Positions 8,352-14,413 of a stretch of 14,413 nucleotides of DNA are shown here, piece by piece. Every line of letters starts with the position of its first letter. The stretch's first letter is position 1. The notes beneath the pieces are model-generated. The model did no database searches and had not been told where the DNA came from. It saw only the letters and a program-made list of their open reading frames with translations. Source of the stretch: Chlamydiota bacterium. Its GTDB lineage: Bacteria > Chlamydiota > Chlamydiia > Chlamydiales > SM23-39. The translations under genes and the position numbers were made by a program. Location: contig JBEHXF010000044.1 in NCBI GenBank assembly GCA_048498835.1, positions 1-14,413 of the forward strand. The letters run 5' to 3'.

Positions 8352-9164
8352 ATGCGTCAGCTTCTTCTTTTTTTAATTGTTGGATTGACTCTTTTTGGAT
8401 CGGAAACACCCAATTTTACTCATCTAGATAAGACGGAAAACGCTGTCTTTTTTTTAACAACTCCCAAATCAGGAAGTAATTTAATTTCAGCGAGCCTTTC
8501 CATCATCACCAGAAGACCTATTTCCTGGTTGTATTGGAAAAAACAAATTTTCAATCCAAATAGTCCTCCCAGAGATCATCCCTCTTATAATCGACTCGGT
8601 TTGGATCTGGTAAGTGAAAAACCTCTTCTCTATCGCACACATTTTGAATTAGCTGATTTATCAAAGATAAGATCCGAATCGAATAAATTAATTCTCGTAA
8701 CTAGAAATCCGAAAGAGTTACTTTACAGAGATTTATTTAATAAGAGTAGAAATTCCATTAATCCAACTACACAATTCATTCACAATTTTATAGATCAATA
8801 CTTAAAACCATTTAAAATCTATGAATCCTGGCATCTGGAAAAAAGGTTTTTTGTTTACTATGAAGACTTCATTAAAAATGGAGATCAAATCTTATTAGAA
8901 ATACTCTCTTTCATGAATGAAGAGCCCACTTTTTACGAAGATTTTTTAATCAACAGACAAACTTATCTTTCTCTACTTCTAGAGAGTTATAAAATGCAGC
9001 CTACTCACAACGCAGGTGGTTCATCTGTTGTTAATGAACCAAAAGCAATTTTCTATACCCGAAACGCGGATCCTGCTGTTCTTCACTATATCGATGAATA
9101 TATTCAAAATAAGGAGCCGGTGATTTGGGAAAAATACCTAAAAAGATACCAAACATCGTTATAA
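8352..9164 (+). CDS. Sulfotransferase-domain protein with signal peptide
   Basis: 5'-PSB FLTTPKSGSNL, 3'-PB LVTRNPKE and VYYEDF. ATG 8352 gives the signal peptide MRQLLLFLIVGLTLFG, while TTG 8298 falls in the promoter. Confidence 0.8.
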   Translation: MRQLLLFLIVGLTLFGSETPNFTHLDKTENAVFFLTTPKSGSNLISASLSIITRRPISWLYWKKQIFNPNSPPRDHPSYNRLGLDLVSEKPLLYRTHFELADLSKIRSESNKLILVTRNPKELLYRDLFNKSRNSINPTTQFIHNFIDQYLKPFKIYESWHLEKRFFVYYEDFIKNGDQILLEILSFMNEEPTFYEDFLINRQTYLSLLLESYKMQPTHNAGGSSVVNEPKAIFYTRNADPAVLHYIDEYIQNKEPVIWEKYLKRYQTSL

Positions 9165-9170
9165 AATTGA

Positions 9171-9926
9171 ATGCAACGCGTTTTCTTTAGTTTTTTATTT
9201 TTTACTTCTTTGTTTTTATTCGCTGAAAATACGTCTTTGGAGCGACCAAAACTCTATTGCCTGTATACCCCCGACTTTCAAAACCTTTATGCAAACTACT
9301 TTCTCCCCAGTATTCAGGATGATTTTCAGCTTGTGGTGAAGGAATATCCGCAAGAGTGTCTATCGGGAAATTTTCGGGAAAAGGGATGGAATAAGACCAT
9401 GCTGAGAAAACTGGAAATGACCCGTGAAGCAATTTTAGAAAACTGGGAAGGACCTCCTTTTTTCTATTCAGATATAGACATCGTTTTCATTAAACCCATC
9501 CTTGAAACTTCCATAAAACTTCTTGGAAAACACGACTTTGTCATTCAGCAGGGATGGCCGGAGGCTTCGTTATGCGCTGGATTTTTCATCATGAAGGGAA
9601 ATGATAAAACGTTAAAACTCCTCGATCAAGCCATTGATTTGTTACAACGAGAAGTCTGTGTTGATGATCAAGTAGCCCTTCAAACCGCTCTAAAAAAGAA
9701 ATCATCGAAAGATATTTCCTGGGCTCTCTTACCTTCAGAACAATTTCCCAATGGGAGAAGAGTATTTAAAAATCGAGGAAAAGGATTGAGTAGTCTTTAT
9801 ACTATCGATTCTGAAATCGAGCTAGACCCGTCCATTCTCTTATTTCATGCTAATTGTTGTGTTGGTCTAGAAAATAAATATCATTTCTTGAATAAAGTCT
9901 TAGAATTAAATAGGAATTTCAATTGA
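9171..9926 (+). CDS. Nucleotide-diphospho-sugar transferase (GT-A fold, Nucleotid_trans/GT77-like) with signal peptide
   Basis: DxD motif YSDIDIVF, LCAGFF, DDQVALQ, LLPSEQFPNG and FHANC..G...K; N-terminus MQRVFFSFLFFTSLFLFA. Confidence 0.82.
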   Translation: MQRVFFSFLFFTSLFLFAENTSLERPKLYCLYTPDFQNLYANYFLPSIQDDFQLVVKEYPQECLSGNFREKGWNKTMLRKLEMTREAILENWEGPPFFYSDIDIVFIKPILETSIKLLGKHDFVIQQGWPEASLCAGFFIMKGNDKTLKLLDQAIDLLQREVCVDDQVALQTALKKKSSKDISWALLPSEQFPNGRRVFKNRGKGLSSLYTIDSEIELDPSILLFHANCCVGLENKYHFLNKVLELNRNFN

Positions 9927-10693
9927 TTGTTAGATTTTTTATATTTTTGGTGAGTTATACCTTTTTCTGTTTCGCAGAAGAACTAGATGTTGAAACTCTA
10001 CCGACGCGGCGAACAAAGCAATATTCTATTTTTCCTTATGAAAAAATCTGCATTTTCTCGGCTCCTAGGACGGGAAGCTCACTGGTGTATAATGTTTGCA
10101 GATATTTGTTTGAGAACATGGAGAACTTTCATCATCATCACAATACCTTTCACCCAGATTGTCTTGTTTTGAAAGATCATAGAGACATAAATTTTAATCA
10201 AAACAATGGAAAAAAAGTACTTTATATTGTTCCTATCCGAAATCCTATAGATGCTTGCATTTCAAATTACCGAATTGAATCCGCAAAAAATCAAAGCAAC
10301 AAAAATTACCCCTATATGATGCTAAAATACCAAGCTTCTCGTTTGATCATATCTGAAAACTTGCTTGCAACGGGTAACGATGTCATTCATATAAAATATG
10401 AAGATTTTTCAAATGATTTTGATTTTCTTTTTCATTTCCTCGAAATAAATATGAATATCCTTATTTCCGAAAGTGATAAAGAAATAATTCGAATCGGTTA
10501 CAGTAAAGAGAACATTTATTCCTCTATTGCTATGTTCTCGAATTTTAAGGAGTGTTTGCCAATTTCAGGGTTTCACGGAAAACATGTGCTCCTAGAAGCT
10601 TATACGCCTCCTAAGCGAGTCCTGTCTCAGCTAAACTTGCATCTTCCTGAATTTAAACCGCTCTTTCAAAAATATGGATATTTTCTAGATTAA
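9923..10693 (+). CDS. Sulfotransferase-domain protein with signal peptide
   Basis: 5'-PSB FSAPRTGSSLVYN, 3'-PB PIRNPIDACIS, IKYEDF and C-terminal KYGY. The TTG start overlaps the previous TGA stop (TTGA, 9923-9926). Confidence 0.8.
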   Translation: MIVRFFIFLVSYTFFCFAEELDVETLPTRRTKQYSIFPYEKICIFSAPRTGSSLVYNVCRYLFENMENFHHHHNTFHPDCLVLKDHRDINFNQNNGKKVLYIVPIRNPIDACISNYRIESAKNQSNKNYPYMMLKYQASRLIISENLLATGNDVIHIKYEDFSNDFDFLFHFLEINMNILISESDKEIIRIGYSKENIYSSIAMFSNFKECLPISGFHGKHVLLEAYTPPKRVLSQLNLHLPEFKPLFQKYGYFLD

Positions 10694-11788
10694 TTATGCT
10701 TTTTCTAATAGCGCTACAATTTCTACATGATCCATGCCGGGAAACAATAAGAAGCCCTCACTTTTCTTTATTTGCCAACCAGTCGATTTAAGCTCATCCA
10801 CATCTCTTTTAAAACTACCAAAATCACAGCTTACATAGATCAATCGACCGTCCCATTCTTTTAATGCTTTGAGAAGAGGAGCGTCGAGTCCTTTACGGGG
10901 TGGATCGACAATGACACAGGTCGCTTTACTCAAGTAATGGGCGGCATCCCTTGCATCTGAAGAATGATAATGGACATGAGTAGGCGCTGCTATGGTTTGA
11001 TAAGACAGGTAGGCGAAAGGATTGCTCTCAATCAAATCGACTGAAAGGCAATGGGGAGCGGCGAGCAAACCTAGGGCGCCGATCCCAGCATAATATTCTA
11101 CGAGATGCGATTGAAGTGGTACCCAGTCAGAAACTGTTTGGGCAAGACGCTCGAAGAGGGTCCAGTGCGCCTGTGAAAAGGCAGCAGGATGAAAAGGAAT
11201 GGATAAGTTTTGTAATTTTTGATGGAGAAATGGCTCACCGTAAACAAGCTGCCAAGTGTCACCAAAGATTCTGTTAGTGATTGCTGGTTGATGATTATAC
11301 CAGATCGAATGCCAGAGATGATGTTTAAGTAAAAGCTGGAGGAACTTTTGGCTGTTGGGAGGGATCGATTTCCAAACCAAAGTAAGCTGTATTTTCTGCG
11401 TGGCTAGGTCAACGAAGAACTGGACATAACGGAGATAACCTTGTTTGTTTTGCTCATTATAAGGGGCGATATCCGCTTGTTGAATGGCTTGGCGCAAGAT
11501 CTCAACAGCTGGGTTGATGACAGGATGGTGAGCCGGACAGTTCGGGATGGGGAGCACCTCATGTGTGCCGGGGCGAAATAAACCAATTAAAGGATTTTGA
11601 GCCGTTCCTCGGATTGCGAGCTTGGCCTTCGTTCGCCACCCCGTCAAAGCGCCGAGCTGAAGAGGGGCAGATATTTTCAAATATTCTTTAATAACCAGCC
11701 AGATAGGTGGATTTGTAGCATCTGGCAGAAAGGTACAACCGCTGCAGGGACCAAAAGGTCCACAATCTATTGTTGATAACTCGTTCAT
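10694..11788 (-). CDS. RNA (uracil-C5)-methyltransferase, RlmC/RlmD (TrmA) family, no TRAM domain
   Basis: Fe-S-type Cys motif C-x5-C-SG-C plus a later CPAH, FSQ, SAM motif EYYAGIG, VDPPRKGL, catalytic YVSC and FPxxxHVE. ATG 11788 is preferred to TTG 11821, whose extension translates DnaA-box DNA. Confidence 0.88.
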   Translation of the reverse strand: MNELSTIDCGPFGPCSGCTFLPDATNPPIWLVIKEYLKISAPLQLGALTGWRTKAKLAIRGTAQNPLIGLFRPGTHEVLPIPNCPAHHPVINPAVEILRQAIQQADIAPYNEQNKQGYLRYVQFFVDLATQKIQLTLVWKSIPPNSQKFLQLLLKHHLWHSIWYNHQPAITNRIFGDTWQLVYGEPFLHQKLQNLSIPFHPAAFSQAHWTLFERLAQTVSDWVPLQSHLVEYYAGIGALGLLAAPHCLSVDLIESNPFAYLSYQTIAAPTHVHYHSSDARDAAHYLSKATCVIVDPPRKGLDAPLLKALKEWDGRLIYVSCDFGSFKRDVDELKSTGWQIKKSEGFLLFPGMDHVEIVALLEKA

Positions 11789-11960
11789 AACGTTGTCTAC
11801 AAATTGTCGATAAGTCTTCAATTGTTCAAAAGTGGCCTGTTTTCAACAGTTCGTTGACAGGTTATCGACAAAAATGCTCCTCACTTGAAGCTCGCTATCT
11901 TATCAACATTTCCACATGCTTCAAAGAAGAAGAAAAATACATATATAAAAACTATATTCT
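11771..11960. other. oriC: Candidate chromosomal replication origin (DnaA-box cluster plus AT-rich unwinding element)
   Basis: Box-like 9-mers at 11771(-) TTATCAACA, 11782(-) TTATGAACG, 11793(+) TTGTCTACA, 11805(-) TTATCGACA, 11823(-) TTTTGAACA, 11840(+) TTTTCAACA, 11862(+) TTATCGACA, 11900(+) TTATCAACA and 11908(+) ATTTCCACA. These are followed by 11923-11958 with only 5 G/C in 36 nt. Flanking genes diverge and GC skew changes sign in the window. Confidence 0.78.
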
Positions 11961-11998
11961 CTTTCGATTGGAGGGAAACTTCCGTATACTCTCTTTTC

Positions 11999-12709
11999 AT
12001 GATACCAGATGAGACGGACCTATTTTTTTCCTTGAAGGACTTCGCTCACCGAACTCTTTGGAAAGAGGGCGATCCGGTTTGGGGGGCCCTCCATCAACTA
12101 AAAAATTATGTAGATATCTGGGCGCATAAAATTGAAGTGAAAGTGCCCAGCGGTGTTCATTTAGAACGTCCTGAACTGATTACGATTGGCACAGGCACAG
12201 TGATTGAACCTGGCGTATTCATTCAAGGACCTTGCATCATTGGAAAAAACTGTGTGATTCGCCACGGAGCTTATATAAGAGAATACTCTGTTTTTGGAGA
12301 TGGTTGTGCAGTCGGTCATAGCGCAGAAACAAAACATTCTATTTTTTTCGATGCTTGCGCTGTTACGCATTTTGTCTATGTGGGCGATTCCATCATTGGA
12401 AATTTAGTCAATATTGGTGCAGGAGTGAAATGCGCGAATTTGCGGCTTGATCGAAAAGAAATTTGCATCGATAAAATCAAGACCGGCTTAAAAAAATTGG
12501 GAGCCATCTTGGGAGATCGTGTGCAGATAGGCTGTAACTGCGTGCTTAATCCAGGTACATTGATCGGCAGGGAGAGCATTTGCCATCCCCTCGTAAATAT
12601 CAGTGGATACGTTCCGCCTCGAAGCATCGTAAAAGTGAGTCGTTCTTTCCGCATTGAACCACAACAAGAGGCGAAAGCGATTTTAGAGCAAATGGGCGGG
12701 AGAACGTGA
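11999..12709 (+). CDS. Hexapeptide-repeat (left-handed beta-helix) acyltransferase, GlmU C-terminal-domain-like
   Basis: Repeated I-G-x-x-x-x hexads (IGTGTVIEPGVFIQGPCIIGKNCVIRHGAYIR), HFVYVGDSIIG, ANLRLD and KKLGAILGD. No nucleotidyltransferase domain. ATG 11999 is preferred; the TTG 11885 extension runs through the candidate origin. Confidence 0.85.
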   Translation: MIPDETDLFFSLKDFAHRTLWKEGDPVWGALHQLKNYVDIWAHKIEVKVPSGVHLERPELITIGTGTVIEPGVFIQGPCIIGKNCVIRHGAYIREYSVFGDGCAVGHSAETKHSIFFDACAVTHFVYVGDSIIGNLVNIGAGVKCANLRLDRKEICIDKIKTGLKKLGAILGDRVQIGCNCVLNPGTLIGRESICHPLVNISGYVPPRSIVKVSRSFRIEPQQEAKAILEQMGGRT

Positions 12710-13593
12710 GTCTAATAAAACAATGGAACCTCCTGAGAAAGTATCGATCGAAGATTGAGGCAGCTCTTGAAGCATCGGTTCATGAAATGGGAGAGAAGAC
12801 TCTTTTGCGCGATGCCTGCGAATACGCTCTTTTAAGCGGCGGGAAGCGTTTAAGGCCGATCTTAGTGATGATGGTGGCTGAGGCGCTTGGAAATCGATTA
12901 GACGTAACGCCAGCGGCCTTAAGCGTCGAATTCTTTCATACAGCATCACTGATCGCTGATGACCTTCCTTGCATGGACAACGATGACGAGCGGCGCAGTC
13001 GTCCTTCTCTACATAAAGTCTATGAAGAGAGTGTAGCTCTATTGAGTAGCTATACATTTATCGCTTTGGGTTACGAGGGGTTGTATAAAAATGGTCTGTT
13101 GATGAAAACGGATCCCCGTTTTGCTGTGAAAGCCGATGCCGCAACAATGGGATGTTTGGAAATCGCAACTCGCTGCGCTGGAATTTTTGGTGCTACAAAT
13201 GGCCAATTTCTAGATTTATTTCCACCCGATCGCTCTTTAGAAACAGTACAAAAAATCATCTTGCAAAAGACTGTGACCCTGTTCCAGATTTGCTTTGTTT
13301 TTGGCTGGCTTTTTGGAGGGGGAGATGCTGCCTTGTTGTCTAAAGTAGAACGTACCGCTTATCACTTAGGCATGGCCTTCCAGATTGCAGATGATTTGCA
13401 AGACGACTTGCAGGATGCCTCTCAAGAGAGTGAAATCAATATTGCCGCACTTCTCGGCCACGAAGAATCGCTTCGAATCTTTTATGATGAAATGGCAAAA
13501 TTTGAAGAGGGATTGAAAGAATTATCTCTTTGGAATAGCGATTTTGAAGAGACGGTTGATTTTCTCAACCGCCTCGTTCCAGTGAAACGTTAA
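12706..13593 (+). CDS. ispA: Polyprenyl diphosphate synthase (farnesyl/geranylgeranyl diphosphate synthase)
   Basis: [32 protein letters not shown] and [14 protein letters not shown]. The GTG start overlaps the upstream TGA. Confidence 0.92.
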   Translation: MSLIKQWNLLRKYRSKIEAALEASVHEMGEKTLLRDACEYALLSGGKRLRPILVMMVAEALGNRLDVTPAALSVEFFHTASLIADDLPCMDNDDERRSRPSLHKVYEESVALLSSYTFIALGYEGLYKNGLLMKTDPRFAVKADAATMGCLEIATRCAGIFGATNGQFLDLFPPDRSLETVQKIILQKTVTLFQICFVFGWLFGGGDAALLSKVERTAYHLGMAFQIADDLQDDLQDASQESEINIAALLGHEESLRIFYDEMAKFEEGLKELSLWNSDFEETVDFLNRLVPVKR

Positions 13594-14413
13594 ACGCCCA
13601 CTTCTTCTTTTGATTTTTTAGGGATGACTGCCCCTTCGGAAATCTTAGCGTGGATTGCTTTTTCGATTTCGTCAGCAATTTTTGTGTTCTTTTTTAATTC
13701 TTCGCGAGCTGCTTCTCGTCCTTGCCCTAAACGGTGAGTTTGGTAGCTGAACCAGGTCCCTTTTTTATCGATGACGCCGAGATCGACACCGACGTCGATG
13801 AGTGAACCGATATGCGAGATACCTTCATTGAAGAGGATGTCAAACTCTGCTGTTTGGAAGGGAGGCGCGCATTTGTTTTTCACCACTTTTACTTTTACGC
13901 GGGATCCGATGTCCGATGCGTTGTCAGGTCCTTTGATCCCTGTCATACGTCGGATATCCATGCGGATAGAGGAATAGAATTTTAGCGCGCGGCCACCCGT
14001 TGTGGTTTCGGGGTTACCGAACATTACGCCGATTTTTTCTCGGATCTGGTTAATGAAGATAGCGCAAGTATTGCTACGGGAAAGTGTCGCAGTGAGTTTA
14101 CGGAGAGCCTGAGACATCATGCGAGCCTGAAGTCCCATGAACTGATCGCCGATTTCTCCTTCTAATTCCGATTTGGGAACGAGGGCTGCTACTGAGTCGA
14201 TGACGATGACATCGACTGCGTTGGAACGGGCCAACATTTCAGCAATGTTCAGAGCTTCTTCTCCATTATCTGGTTGCGAGATCATGAGATCGTCGATGTT
14301 GACTCCGATTTTTGTAGCATAGGCTGGATCGAGGGCGTGCTCTGCATCGATATAGGCTGCAAGGCCTCCGTTTTTTTGAGCATTTGCTACGATATGGGTT
14401 GCAAGTGTCGATT
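13590..14413 (-). CDS. recA: Recombinase A, 5'-truncated by window edge
   Basis: The frame stays open to the window end (...[29 protein letters not shown]...). Motifs [24 protein letters not shown] and [16 protein letters not shown]. Confidence 0.99.
   Translation of the reverse strand, partial: STLATHIVANAQKNGGLAAYIDAEHALDPAYATKIGVNIDDLMISQPDNGEEALNIAEMLARSNAVDVIVIDSVAALVPKSELEGEIGDQFMGLQARMMSQALRKLTATLSRSNTCAIFINQIREKIGVMFGNPETTTGGRALKFYSSIRMDIRRMTGIKGPDNASDIGSRVKVKVVKNKCAPPFQTAEFDILFNEGISHIGSLIDVGVDLGVIDKKGTWFSYQTHRLGQGREAAREELKKNTKIADEIEKAIHAKISEGAVIPKKSKEEVGV

Larger units (their letters stand above)
7105..10693. other. AT-rich accessory island (glycan sulfation/glycosylation genes) next to the tRNA 3' end
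   Basis: Hand-counted GC is 16/60 (8701-8760) and 12/60 (10381-10440), versus 33/60 (3001-3060), 34/60 (6241-6300) and 27/60 (14041-14100). The island begins 8 nt after the tRNA. No integrase or att duplication seen. Confidence 0.6.

Noticed and set aside
10130..10141. CATCATCATCAC (His4) as a phase-variable repeat
   Set aside because: Too short and in-frame; slippage would not switch the gene off.
10569..10584. parS-like GGTTTCACGGAAAACA (13/16 match to TGTTTCACGTGAAACA) near the candidate origin
   Set aside because: The central palindrome is broken, it lies in an accessory CDS, and it is explained by the codons for GFHGKH.
10670..10715. Possible attR (copy of the tRNA 3' end) at the island's right border
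   Set aside because: Only a low-complexity CTTTT(T)CTAAT similarity to 7100-7109. No copy of the T-arm or acceptor sequence and no integrase, so it is not called a mobile element.
11771..11916. Repeat cluster as a CRISPR array or plasmid iterons
   Set aside because: The repeats are 9-10 bp in mixed orientation without regular spacers, and there is no cas or rep gene; housekeeping genes flank them.
11885..11998. N-terminal extension of the acyltransferase from TTG 11885 (and of the methyltransferase from TTG 11821)
   Set aside because: The extensions merely translate DnaA boxes and the AT-rich tract (LSTFPH, KKKK, VDN). The downstream ATGs fit the domain boundaries better.
9..13977. Short alternative-frame or antisense ORFs (9-257, 1042-1359, 1507-1791, 4606-4830, 4745-5194, 5492-5812, 5500-5709, 6268-6495, 6311-6610, 6724-6936, 6875-7081, 9202-9432, 9987-10172, 11404-11586, 12161-12370, 12376-12654, 12683-13057, 13071-13259, 13152-13343, 13771-13977)
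   Set aside because: They lie over better-supported genes, show no recognisable motifs and are typical shadow ORFs.

Overview
Compact, gene-dense bacterial chromosome segment, very probably from an environmental member of the Chlamydiota. The RecA segment THIVANAQK and the standalone GlmU-acetyltransferase-like/ispA pair both resemble chlamydial counterparts; this assignment is from recall, not a search. Left to right: 5'-truncated purB, dapA, two divergent hypothetical genes, a minus-strand run (ung, MFS transporter, small ORF, HlyD/EmrA-like adaptor, Rsm22-family methyltransferase), a 95-aa ORF whose last 24 nt lie inside tRNA-Pro(GGG), an AT-rich four-gene island (three sulfotransferases and one DxD glycosyltransferase, all with N-terminal signal-like peptides), an RlmC/RlmD-family methyltransferase, a dense cluster of DnaA-box-like 9-mers with an AT-rich tract (candidate oriC), a hexapeptide acetyltransferase, ispA and 5'-truncated recA. 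Main points of interest: (1) the candidate oriC with variant boxes and a GC-skew reversal in the window, (2) an apparently exported glycosylation/sulfation cassette beside the tRNA, and (3) a CDS whose stop codon would be removed by tRNA 5' maturation. All base counts quoted are hand counts of individual 60-nt lines.
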